Assembly (NCBI GenBank): GCA_016177025.1
Contig: JACOWB010000007.1
Coordinates: 7,751-71,750, forward strand
Reading direction: 5' to 3'
Source: Candidatus Aenigmatarchaeota archaeon
Lineage (GTDB): Archaea > Aenigmatarchaeota > Aenigmatarchaeia > CG10238-14 > SCSR01
DNA: 64,000 nucleotides
Shown: one piece after another, positions 8,815-17,445 of the stretch
How positions within the stretch are numbered: position 1 is the stretch's first letter
Layout: each line of letters opens with the position of its first letter
The notes under the pieces: generated by a model
What the model was told of the DNA's origin: nothing
Seen by the model: only the letters and a program-made list of their open reading frames with translations
The model's database searches: none
Made by a program: the position numbers and the translations under genes

Positions 8815-9551
8815 TGTCGAGGGAAACTAAGGAAAAGGAATTGAAAGAACTGAAGGACTTGTTTGGAAAATACAGGGTTGTTTGCATAGTCGATATGGTG
8901 AAGATGCCGACCAAAGAAATGCAGATGATTAAAAAATCACTTGGCGGTAGGGCGTTTGTAAAAATGAACAAAAAATCCATGGTGGAGATGGCTATGAAAG
9001 AAACTGGGAAGGACCTCATAGAACACCTGCCAAAGCAACCGGCATTAGTTTTCACGGAAATGGATCCGTTTGTCTTTTTTAAAGAGGTAAACAACATGAA
9101 GTTCAAGGTTTATGCTAATGAGGGGTATGCAGTGGACAAGGATGTAATTGTGTCTCCAGGTCCGACGGAACTTTTGCCTGGCCCGGCAATAAGCGAACTG
9201 CAGAAAGTTGGAATCATTGCGGGCGTTGAAGGAGGGAAAATCGCTGTAAAAAAGCAGTCGAAAATTCTTGGGAAAGGACAGGAAGTCACAAAAGACGTTG
9301 CTAGTGTATTGAGGAAGCTTAAAATGCAGGTTGCTGAGATAAGATTAAATGTCAGCGCAATTTTTGACGGAATGTTATACGACAAGGAAACACTGCAGCT
9401 GGTTGAGATATACCCGCAGAGGCTGAAGGAAGCATTCAATCAAGCTTTAAATCTTTCTGTCGCTATAGAATATCCTGCAAAAGAAAACGTTAAATATCTG
9501 TTAATGAAAGCTTATCAGAGAGAAAAGGCGTTGGAGAAGAGGATTGGTTAA
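8811..9551 (+). CDS. rpl10: Ribosomal stalk protein uL10/P0, short form
   Basis: GPTELLPGPAISELQKVGI...EGGKIAV...LRKLKMQ...AFNQALNLSV; ends without the acidic tail. Confidence 0.94.
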   Translation: MMSRETKEKELKELKDLFGKYRVVCIVDMVKMPTKEMQMIKKSLGGRAFVKMNKKSMVEMAMKETGKDLIEHLPKQPALVFTEMDPFVFFKEVNNMKFKVYANEGYAVDKDVIVSPGPTELLPGPAISELQKVGIIAGVEGGKIAVKKQSKILGKGQEVTKDVASVLRKLKMQVAEIRLNVSAIFDGMLYDKETLQLVEIYPQRLKEAFNQALNLSVAIEYPAKENVKYLLMKAYQREKALEKRIG

Positions 9552-9552
9552 G

Positions 9553-9846
9553 ATGCAAGAAGTTTATGCTGTATTGATGTTGCATGAAAGCGGCCAAGCT
9601 GTAAACGAGGATAATGTAAAGAAGGTTTTGTCCAGTGTCGGATCTAACGTTGATGATGCGAAGATTAAAGCTTTGGTTGCGAGCTTGTCTGGCGTGAATA
9701 TTGATGACGCATTGAAGGAAGCTGTTTCTTTTACCAATGCGCCAGCTGCTGCAGCACCAACTGAGAAGAAGGAAGAAAAGTCAGAAGAAGAGGAAGCGAA
9801 AGCCGCTGAGCAAGCAAGCGCGGGATTGAGTTCTCTGTTTGGCTGA
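9553..9846 (+). CDS. rpl12: Ribosomal stalk protein P1/aL12
   Basis: YAVLMLH...NVKKVL...KALVASLSGVNIDDAL...acidic hinge...AGLSSLFG. Confidence 0.96.
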   Translation: MQEVYAVLMLHESGQAVNEDNVKKVLSSVGSNVDDAKIKALVASLSGVNIDDALKEAVSFTNAPAAAAPTEKKEEKSEEEEAKAAEQASAGLSSLFG

Positions 9847-9884
9847 CATGTTGTATTTAAGAATTTTACTGGATAACAAATTCT

Positions 9885-10499
9885 ATGCAAAGACTGATAG
9901 AACTGGCTGGCGGGATAGAAAATACAGAACTTAGAAAAAAAGTAATTGAACTGATTAAAAATCCGAAACTGTCTAATACCGATTTTCAGAAATATCCGAA
10001 AGGTGATTTGGAAAAAGTCAAAACGCCTTTCTCTGTAGGTGATATGGGTGTTGTCGTCAGAGAAGTTATCAATCATACTGTGACAAACACGGAATTGTGC
10101 TGGCAGATCGCAGATACTTTTGAGAAAAATTATGGTGTGAAAGTGAATAGGGATGTTTTGATTGCAGGTTCATTGTTGCATGATATAATGAAGGTGTACG
10201 AATGGAAAATTGATGAGGAAGGTGACCCTATTCCTACCGGACTAACAATGGATCATGTTTTTCTTGGTGTAGCTGAATTATATGCAAGGGGATTCTCCGA
10301 GGAAATAATACATGTGGTTGCAGCCACTCAAGGTGAACGGACACCACCTAAAAGTTTGGAGGCATTAATTTTGCATTATGTTGACACTCTGACCTCGTTG
10401 ACGGAGTTTTTCACAGGAGCTAGGCATAAGAAACCTCAGACGCCTGTCATTGTTCTAGATGAGGAGACTTTCAAGAAAATGAAGGAAGAAAAGGATTAG
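9885..10499 (+). CDS. HD-domain phosphohydrolase
   Basis: INHT...LLHDIMK...DH...EALILHYVD motif set. Confidence 0.85.
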   Translation: MQRLIELAGGIENTELRKKVIELIKNPKLSNTDFQKYPKGDLEKVKTPFSVGDMGVVVREVINHTVTNTELCWQIADTFEKNYGVKVNRDVLIAGSLLHDIMKVYEWKIDEEGDPIPTGLTMDHVFLGVAELYARGFSEEIIHVVAATQGERTPPKSLEALILHYVDTLTSLTEFFTGARHKKPQTPVIVLDEETFKKMKEEKD

Positions 10500-10948
10500 T
10501 TGTCTTTCAATTCATGAATTGCTTTTCTAAGCTTTTTATTCAGATCTTCATTGTCTGTATATAATATTATTTCACATTTTGTTGTTTCTTTGAAACCGCG
10601 ATACATTAAACCTGATAACGAATTTGTATCAAAATCCTTATGTGGAACTATAATAATTGGCTTCTTTAATATCGCTGCCATCCCTAAAACTATGTTTGTA
10701 CCAATTCCTCTGCAGGGGTGGATGGCTAGCAACAAGTCGGATGTTTTTAGTTCGTTAGTTAATTTTTCGAATACGGTTTTTGGGTTGTATGTGACTCTAC
10801 CCCATTGAAGAAAATCTCTGTATGTTATATAAGTTGAAAATTTCAGTTTTTTCAGAATAGAATCGACATAATTTATCAGTTTAATTAGCTCCTCTTTATC
10901 TTCAGGATAATGTGAATGTGTTAACGGTGCTGTTATATAAACCTTCAT
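10496..10948 (-). CDS. Nucleoside 2-deoxyribosyltransferase-fold protein, probably inactive
   Basis: MKVYITAP...SDLLLA...GTNIVLGMA...KKPII; expected nucleophile Glu replaced by Val. Confidence 0.7.
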   Translation of the reverse strand: MKVYITAPLTHSHYPEDKEELIKLINYVDSILKKLKFSTYITYRDFLQWGRVTYNPKTVFEKLTNELKTSDLLLAIHPCRGIGTNIVLGMAAILKKPIIIVPHKDFDTNSLSGLMYRGFKETTKCEIILYTDNEDLNKKLRKAIHELKDN

Positions 10949-10991
10949 AGGTTTGAATTGGTATTTATAAAATTAAATTATAGTTGATTAG

Positions 10992-12086
10992 ATGGAAATA
11001 ATTGAAGATACTATTAAACCTGCTGTAGAATTTTTCAAAATAATGAAGAGGGGAAGTAAAGTTGCCATAGTTCATGGTCATGATAATGACAGTATCTGTT
11101 CTGCGGCTATAATATACAAATTGTTGAAAATTGTACATAAGACTGAAGCGAGATTGATTGTATCTGGATTAAATTCTGCGGTCACGGAAGATGCTATAGA
11201 AAAAATCAAAAAAATCAAACCCGACTATGTAATCATAGTGGATATATCCGATGTTCCTGTAAGTATTTTGACAGAACTTAGAAACATTTCACAAGTAATG
11301 ATTATAGATCACCACGTACCAAAAGGTTATGTTAAGATAATATACGTGAATCCGAGAGTTTTTGACAGGGAAATTTATTTGCCCGCGACTTATCTTTGCT
11401 ACAAAATTTACGAAAAGTTTTTGGATGTGGAAAAAATTCTCTGGATATCTGGCATTGGAACACTGTCTGATATGGGAATGAAAAATTGCAGTGACCTGTT
11501 TGAAAGTATCAAATCAAACGACAAAGAACTGATTGGAAACAATGAAAACATAGATGAAATTTTGTTTGATAATTCTTTACTTGGCAAATTGGCGAAGATG
11601 TTTGACAGCGGTAGAGTTGTTGTGGGTATTGATGGTTCTGTATCGGCGTTGAATGTCTTGCTTAAATCGGAAAACTATCAGGAAGTCTTACAAGGAAAGT
11701 ACGGAAGTAAAAACTTGTTGGGATGGTATTCTGTCTCAGAGAAGGAATTCAACCGACTTGTGAAAGATTTTGAGAAAAAGAAGAAACGGATTAAAAGATT
11801 TGTGATGTATGAAGTAAAGTCGAAGTATAATATGAAATCTCCGCTGGCTACTTATTTGTCTAAGATTCTTACGAACGAAGTTCTTGTGATATATCAGAGG
11901 TCTGGAAAGTACATCGATGTCAGTTTCAGGAGAGGGAAGGTTTGTATTGTGGATTTGAACCAGCTGGCTGGAAATTCTGTCAAGGATATACCAGACTCGA
12001 ATGGCGGTGGGCATATTCAGGCGGCAGGTGCGAGGTTTCCGGCCCGCTATTTAGACAGATTTCTGAGAAATTTAAAGTCTAAGTAG
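10992..12086 (+). CDS. DHH/DHHA1 family phosphoesterase (RecJ/NrnA-like)
   Basis: HDND, IIVD, IIDHH, GTLSD and GGGHIQAAG motifs. Confidence 0.9.
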   Translation: MEIIEDTIKPAVEFFKIMKRGSKVAIVHGHDNDSICSAAIIYKLLKIVHKTEARLIVSGLNSAVTEDAIEKIKKIKPDYVIIVDISDVPVSILTELRNISQVMIIDHHVPKGYVKIIYVNPRVFDREIYLPATYLCYKIYEKFLDVEKILWISGIGTLSDMGMKNCSDLFESIKSNDKELIGNNENIDEILFDNSLLGKLAKMFDSGRVVVGIDGSVSALNVLLKSENYQEVLQGKYGSKNLLGWYSVSEKEFNRLVKDFEKKKKRIKRFVMYEVKSKYNMKSPLATYLSKILTNEVLVIYQRSGKYIDVSFRRGKVCIVDLNQLAGNSVKDIPDSNGGGHIQAAGARFPARYLDRFLRNLKSK

Positions 12087-12250
12087 ATGTTTAGAGGAAA
12101 TTAGAGGATTTTCCAGGTGTAAAAAGTCTATATAAAACTAATATGACTAAGATAAGTTCTATATTGTCTCCTTTCCGAAACATGTGGGAAATGACCCCCT
12201 CCGAAAGACAGGTATATCCAGTTAGCGAATTCTATTTAGGTGAATAGAAA

Positions 12251-12448
12251 ATGAAATGCTTCCGATGCGGCTCATTTAGGATGATAAGATTTATAGACGG
12301 GTTCGGATCAAGAAGAATTTTCTGTAGAGGATGTTCAGGAAGTTTTCTGGATGCTTCAATCATCAGTCAGGAACAGACAAGGTTGCCTCACTTTAACACT
12401 TACTATAACAAAAGAGCGATAATTAGGCACTTTTCAAGGAGGGATTAA
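12251..12448 (+). CDS. Zn-ribbon microprotein (65 aa)
   Basis: CFRCGS...FCRGC; AGGTGA SD upstream. Confidence 0.7.
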   Translation: MKCFRCGSFRMIRFIDGFGSRRIFCRGCSGSFLDASIISQEQTRLPHFNTYYNKRAIIRHFSRRD

Positions 12449-12449
12449 A

Positions 12450-12569
12450 ATGGAAGAAATAGCTACTGTAACGAAGACGTTACTTTTAGATAGAGGATTG
12501 AGAAAAATACGATTGAATGTCATCAGGAAAAACAATATGATAGGATGTATTGTGCCATATGATAGGTGA
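12450..12569 (+). CDS. Microprotein (39 aa), not in ORF track
   Basis: MEEIATVTKTLLLDRGLRKIRLNVIRKNNMIGCIVPYDR; GGAGG SD; packed between two Zn-finger ORFs. Confidence 0.5.
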   Translation: MEEIATVTKTLLLDRGLRKIRLNVIRKNNMIGCIVPYDR

Positions 12570-12574
12570 CTGTA

Positions 12575-12682
12575 ATGAGAGGCATGGAGTTGTGTATGAA
12601 ATGTGGAGATTTAATGATAGAAGTCAAGAATTGTTTGATTAGATGCTTTAGTTGTGGTTATGAAGAAGGAAGCTGCTCTTGA
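12575..12682 (+). CDS. Zn-finger microprotein (35 aa), not in ORF track
   Basis: MRGMELCMKCGDLMIEVKNCLIRCFSCGYEEGSCS; two CxxCG motifs; AGGTGA SD; followed by a T-rich tract. Confidence 0.65.
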   Translation: MRGMELCMKCGDLMIEVKNCLIRCFSCGYEEGSCS

Positions 12683-12708
12683 TTTTATTTTTCTCCCCTT
12701 TCTTTTCT

Positions 12709-14058
12709 TCAATAAGTACTTCCTTTGCTTGATGCTGCACCTTCTGGTTGAGAACGATCTATTCTAGTTCCCATTCTGATTGCACCACCTATTACATAAA
12801 ATAATGCTGAAGTTGGATGTTCTATATGTTGTCCTTCGTAAGGTCTCATTGTATTGGCTGGTGTATGAAATTCCGAATCGGGTCTGAAGACTTCGTAAAG
12901 TATTCCATAAGCAGTTTTGTCATTGAATTGCATTTGCTCAAAATCCGGAGTTCCAACATGTAAGTAGGTTTCAACTCTAAAATCTTGCATCATTTGTTCC
13001 AAATAATGTAAAGTTATGTCATCTTCGCCCATGAACTGGGGTGTGTAATTTCCAACAAAAGAATATCTGTTGCTAACACCCACTGTTGCTAAAACAAATT
13101 TATTACCATCGACGTAAAAATCATAACCAAACCTGACTAATCTGTTCCTATTTGATGACACAGCTTGAAAAAGCGCTTTCCCTTGCGGTATCCCTTCATC
13201 TTCTGTAGTATGATGTCTTCCTATACTACCTCCAGCTATAATAAGATCTGACTTACTACGTCTGGCTAACATTCTTTGATGATCTGCGAATCTTGCGAGA
13301 TACGGTCTGTCTAATGGTGATGATAACTCTATTGATGATTCGCCACTACCATCGAGATTTACCATGCAGCCAAGTGTGGCTTCACCATGTGAAGTAATTA
13401 AGTATGCTCTCCTCGGTTCCAACGGTTCTCCGCCTATTCCTTGCGATCGTCTCGCTTTCCGTTGTCTTTCTGCGTTTGCCAATGCTTTGAATACGTCCTC
13501 GACTCTATGATGAAGATCTGCTAAACTGTCACCATACGGGATAGAGCCTGGTGTCCGAAAACGTTCGAATGGAGCGGACAGTAGAAGTATATCTTCACCT
13601 CTGCTGGAGGCATATTCAGTTAAATAATCACTTATGCCGCTCTTTATTTTTTCAGATATTTCGATGTCGCGATTATTAAGTAATCCTTCTGTATCAAAAT
13701 AAAGATGTATAGTTGGTCTCTCTGATTTCCTTACAGCTGCTACAGTCACAACTTTACCGAAACCTATTGCAGAACAACCTGTTTCAAAAGTGGGTTCACC
13801 TCTTTCTTGAATCAGTCTATTAATTTGACCTCCCATTTCCCTGCCAGTTTCTCCCCATGCATCATCTTCATTAAAGTTATTTATGGTCACATCTGCTGCG
13901 AGACCGGCGTGTGTTTTCATTTGTTCAACACCACCATGGCCAAGCAAAAATTTACTATGTTCACCTTCAGCTATTGGTGGAGAAAATAATCTTAACAAAT
14001 CCGTAGAGGAGTTTCTGCCATCTAATTCTGGATTTTTGATAATAACTTCGGTAGACAT
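12709..14058 (-). CDS. Unknown N-terminal domain fused to a divergent imidazoleglycerol-phosphate dehydratase (HisB)-like domain
   Basis: C-terminal half: VNLDGSG, DHQ, HHTTEDEG, RFG, SNR, LHV, terminal SSKG; second HHxxE motif degenerate (EHPTS). Confidence 0.7.
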   Translation of the reverse strand: MSTEVIIKNPELDGRNSSTDLLRLFSPPIAEGEHSKFLLGHGGVEQMKTHAGLAADVTINNFNEDDAWGETGREMGGQINRLIQERGEPTFETGCSAIGFGKVVTVAAVRKSERPTIHLYFDTEGLLNNRDIEISEKIKSGISDYLTEYASSRGEDILLLSAPFERFRTPGSIPYGDSLADLHHRVEDVFKALANAERQRKARRSQGIGGEPLEPRRAYLITSHGEATLGCMVNLDGSGESSIELSSPLDRPYLARFADHQRMLARRSKSDLIIAGGSIGRHHTTEDEGIPQGKALFQAVSSNRNRLVRFGYDFYVDGNKFVLATVGVSNRYSFVGNYTPQFMGEDDITLHYLEQMMQDFRVETYLHVGTPDFEQMQFNDKTAYGILYEVFRPDSEFHTPANTMRPYEGQHIEHPTSALFYVIGGAIRMGTRIDRSQPEGAASSKGSTY

Positions 14059-14108
14059 AAAATTCCTACATTCAGGTTTTAGAAAGATATCTTCTAATAT
14101 TTAAAAGC

Positions 14109-14567
14109 TTATTGTTTGATACCGTCAAGTTCTTCTCTTAGTTTTGTTCTAAGATCCATTATGTCCTTGAATTTGATTATTTTCGAGTTCGCAACACCGC
14201 TTAATCCAGAATGCATAACACTAATTCTTTCTTTTTCGTTTATAAGGATCAGAATTTTTTTCTTGAATGCCGATGCCCATCCTAGCTCTATGTTGACGCC
14301 AACACTTTGCTCTGGATATGCAATTAATAAATCAGAACTTTGAAGTTCAATCATAGATTTTTTACCTACTTCATGCTCATCTATGTTAGCTGTACCCCAT
14401 TTATGCAAATCTCTATGTGGAAGAAATGTTTGAAATCCTTGCTCCCTCGCTACGGACTCGATAGAATCTAAAAAATTTATGTAAGAAATATCTGTTATTT
14501 CTCCGTGGTGTGCGCTACTCTGCGTGGATGATTTGCTTGTATATGGTGCGGCTATGTATGCTTTCAT
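14109..14567 (-). CDS. Nucleoside 2-deoxyribosyltransferase / RCL-like N-glycosidase fold protein
   Basis: MKAYIAAPY...FLPHRD...SDLLIAY..SVGVNIELGWA..KK; nucleophile Glu retained. Confidence 0.8.
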   Translation of the reverse strand: MKAYIAAPYTSKSSTQSSAHHGEITDISYINFLDSIESVAREQGFQTFLPHRDLHKWGTANIDEHEVGKKSMIELQSSDLLIAYPEQSVGVNIELGWASAFKKKILILINEKERISVMHSGLSGVANSKIIKFKDIMDLRTKLREELDGIKQ

Positions 14568-14571
14568 TTAA

Positions 14572-15204
14572 TCATTCTTTCGGATTTAATTCACCATCAA
14601 AATCTCTAAAAAGAATAGGGGGCAGATATTCCACATATTGTCCTGATATACCGGCTCTAACCAATCTATCAGTCAACTTGTTAAATTCATCGCGGTCGTT
14701 TGAGGAGGCTCTTATTCTTATCCCCTGCCCGACTTGGATAGCATAATTGACTATTCTGGACTGGTGTTCGTCATTTTCTAACAGGTCACTCAAATCAGAC
14801 ACAAATCTCGGTGTAAGCCTTTGGTCGAGTGGTCTGCCGAAAAACCATCTGTGATAATAAGCATTTAGCTCATCTCGAGTTAGAACTTGGCCGTTTTCAT
14901 TTCTAAATCCGTTTGACGATATAACTCGTGTTATCTCTGCTGGCGGATTTCCATTATAAAATGCCCTCAGATACTGGGCTGGTGGATCGTTTCTTACTAC
15001 AAAAATTCCTGTGACTGTTTGAAAAGAATCGGCCGCATCAAGCAGTCTGAGATCGGGATAGCTTTCTGGATGCTCTATGAAAGGCTGGGAATATACGCCC
15101 AGCGCATCTCTTAAAGTCAATCCTTCTGATGGCCGTAAATATCCTACCCCAATAAACAGCCTAGGATTTTTTTCGTCTGTGCCTTTTTGTGTTTCCTCTG
15201 CCAT
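14572..15204 (-). CDS. Hypothetical Lys-poor protein
   Basis: 210-aa ORF, translationally coupled (stop/start overlap at 15204); no family recognised. Confidence 0.65.
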   Translation of the reverse strand: MAEETQKGTDEKNPRLFIGVGYLRPSEGLTLRDALGVYSQPFIEHPESYPDLRLLDAADSFQTVTGIFVVRNDPPAQYLRAFYNGNPPAEITRVISSNGFRNENGQVLTRDELNAYYHRWFFGRPLDQRLTPRFVSDLSDLLENDEHQSRIVNYAIQVGQGIRIRASSNDRDEFNKLTDRLVRAGISGQYVEYLPPILFRDFDGELNPKE

Positions 15205-16076
15205 TAAGAATCACCTATAGTAACATGGTTCCCGAGTCTTGAAGATCCGCCAAGAACATCTAATCTCAGACTGACTATTTGAGGCTGTGGAATAATCACA
15301 CCTGCACGAGCGGCCAAGTCTGGTATGTCATTCCTAACTGAGCTTACTTTAGATGCGATGCGCTTAACATAAGGAGACAAGATTTCAACGAAGTACTCAA
15401 ACCCAGGCATTGTCAAGTATCTTACTGGTCCGTATGGCACACCGTCCGGAGTAGGATAAAGTAGATCAAACGTTTCTGGATCATGCAAGAATCTCAATCC
15501 ACTAACATTTGCAAGACCGTAAGTCGAACCATCGGTTGACGTTTGGAGAGCAACATGACCTGCGTTAAGCCTGTCGTGATATTGACCTGTAAAAACATTT
15601 GTAACTGCGGAAATTCCTGTGGTAGGGCCGGGATTTAACATGTCTTCTCCGACAACTAGGAGAGGCGTGGGTCGTGAAAAGTCTGACCTTGAGGAGTAAT
15701 TGTTGTGTGACAATCTTCCTCTTCTATGACCATGCGGGTCTCCGCTACTTTTCATTTCCAGTGTGCCGACATAAACATGACTCATCAACCTCTGCATTTG
15801 ATCTAAAAATTCTGGGCTGCCTTCTGGGGCTTCAATATATCTGGCAAAATCCTCTTCTCCAACGCCGTGTATGGAAGGTGGAGCGTATCTAAGAGATATT
15901 AATGTTTGCTTTCTTCCGCCATGGCTCACTCCCACGAATTTTGGGTATTCCGGTTTTTCGGGATTGTGGTACTCTTCCATAAGCTCCTCAAGATCCCTTC
16001 CTTCTCTTCTTCTAGTCTGCGGAGATATATCGCTACTTGCTTCTCTCAAGATTTTGATGAAATTATACCATATCAT
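15204..16076 (-). CDS. Divergent type I phosphoribosyltransferase-like protein (tentative)
   Basis: PKFVGVSHGG resembles the PRTase IVGIARGG loop; LLVVGEDMLNPGPTT resembles the VLIVDDxxxTGxT PRPP loop. Confidence 0.45.
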   Translation of the reverse strand: MIWYNFIKILREASSDISPQTRRREGRDLEELMEEYHNPEKPEYPKFVGVSHGGRKQTLISLRYAPPSIHGVGEEDFARYIEAPEGSPEFLDQMQRLMSHVYVGTLEMKSSGDPHGHRRGRLSHNNYSSRSDFSRPTPLLVVGEDMLNPGPTTGISAVTNVFTGQYHDRLNAGHVALQTSTDGSTYGLANVSGLRFLHDPETFDLLYPTPDGVPYGPVRYLTMPGFEYFVEILSPYVKRIASKVSSVRNDIPDLAARAGVIIPQPQIVSLRLDVLGGSSRLGNHVTIGDS

Positions 16077-16083
16077 ATTACCA

Positions 16084-17019
16084 TCATTGTTCCAATATTA
16101 CAGCATCGTCTATTATCATATCACTATCTTTATCAAAGCCTTGTACCACGAAGTTAAAATTTCCTTTATTACTAAAGTTTAAACCATTATCTAAAAGCTT
16201 GAAAATAGAGATAATTGCTGACCTAATGCCTCTTGTTCTGATACCGCCTATAACAAGAATCATTTTATCTTTATTGAACGGGTTTGGATATTTTACTATT
16301 AACCCGCATCTATCATCTTTGTAACTTTTTCCGGTTGATTTCGACATTATGGAATTCTTTTCCAAGTCAAAATATAACGGTAAATGAGAGTTTATTTTAT
16401 CGATAATCGCATTTGTTTTATTATTTCCGATTAAAATTAAATTGTCTTTAAGTTCATGATCTCTTATTTCTGTATCTAATTTATAATTTGCTTTTTCCAA
16501 AGATTTTAAAAATCTCCCGATTAGTAACATCAAATCTATTGTGTGTGATCCTTCTGTTCCCCCTATATTGTATTTTCCGTGTGGTGAAGGATCGCCTATA
16601 ATGATTTTTGCGTTTAGTTTTCCGTCCGTAACGAATGGGGAAAAAAATTCAGAAATGTTCACAGGCATTTGAAACGTATCATCATCTTTAATTTTCATAC
16701 CTCTATCGTGCAATTTGGCGGCTATGACAGGTGATACAACACTATAAATCTTGGCAGTCATTCCATGTCTTTTTTCGGTTGAAATTGTGTAAATTATACC
16801 GGCCTTCTCTAACTTCTTCGTATGGTAGTAAACCTTTTGCTCGTGTATTTTTAACTTTCTGGAAATGTCGATTGCTGAAATCGGCGCTTCTGCCAAAGTT
16901 TTGACAATTTTCAAAGCGAGTTTGCTGCTCAAAGCGGATAAGGCCTTCGGATCACTTAAAATTAAAGAATCGTATGCGACTCTTCCATTTCCGTCATTCT
17001 CTATCAAAGTTGCTTGCAT
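16084..17019 (-). CDS. ArsR-like wHTH regulator with C-terminal alpha/beta domain
   Basis: ISRKLKIHEQKVYYHTKKLEKAGII HTH; C-terminal domain with IIIGDPSPHG, NLILIG and a DKDSD loop. Confidence 0.8.
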   Translation of the reverse strand: MQATLIENDGNGRVAYDSLILSDPKALSALSSKLALKIVKTLAEAPISAIDISRKLKIHEQKVYYHTKKLEKAGIIYTISTEKRHGMTAKIYSVVSPVIAAKLHDRGMKIKDDDTFQMPVNISEFFSPFVTDGKLNAKIIIGDPSPHGKYNIGGTEGSHTIDLMLLIGRFLKSLEKANYKLDTEIRDHELKDNLILIGNNKTNAIIDKINSHLPLYFDLEKNSIMSKSTGKSYKDDRCGLIVKYPNPFNKDKMILVIGGIRTRGIRSAIISIFKLLDNGLNFSNKGNFNFVVQGFDKDSDMIIDDAVILEQ

Positions 17020-17205
17020 TATCTCACTTACTAATTTCTTTATAGAATAACCTTAAATGTTATGGTTTTTTCTATAATAGTGTGAATTTTCTTATAAAAA
17101 GATATATAAATGCTTTATGGTTTGCGAGAGGATAGAATAGATTCTACAAATTTTGTTATAAGAGTTGCTTATATACCCGCGTTCTAATGTTTCAAACAGA
17201 TTGAA

Positions 17206-17364
17206 ATGAACTTCAAAAAATTGCCGACATCGCCAGTAAAATCTTATGAAGTGGAGCAGGCAGGACCGTCTGTGGCATTCGAATGTCCGGCATGTAGCAG
17301 TGAAGTTGGCTTGAATGAAATAGTTGAGCAGAAAGGAAATATAAAATGTGTGAAATGTACATGA
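17206..17364 (+). CDS. Zn-finger microprotein A1 (52 aa), not in ORF track
   Basis: MNFKKLPTSPVKSYEVEQAGPSVAFECPACSSEVGLNEIVEQKGNIKCVKCT; paralogue of 18187-18336. Confidence 0.75.
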   Translation: MNFKKLPTSPVKSYEVEQAGPSVAFECPACSSEVGLNEIVEQKGNIKCVKCT

Positions 17365-17383
17365 CCCTTTTGGCCGATCAACC

Positions 17384-17445
17384 GAAGTTGGAGAACTAAC
17401 CCCTTGGAGGATTCCGTAAACCGATCATAAAAGTTCTCCAACTTC
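17384..17445. repeat. Perfect 14-bp inverted repeat with 34-nt loop
   Basis: GAAGTTGGAGAACT (17384-17397) / AGTTCTCCAACTTC (17432-17445). Confidence 0.9.
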
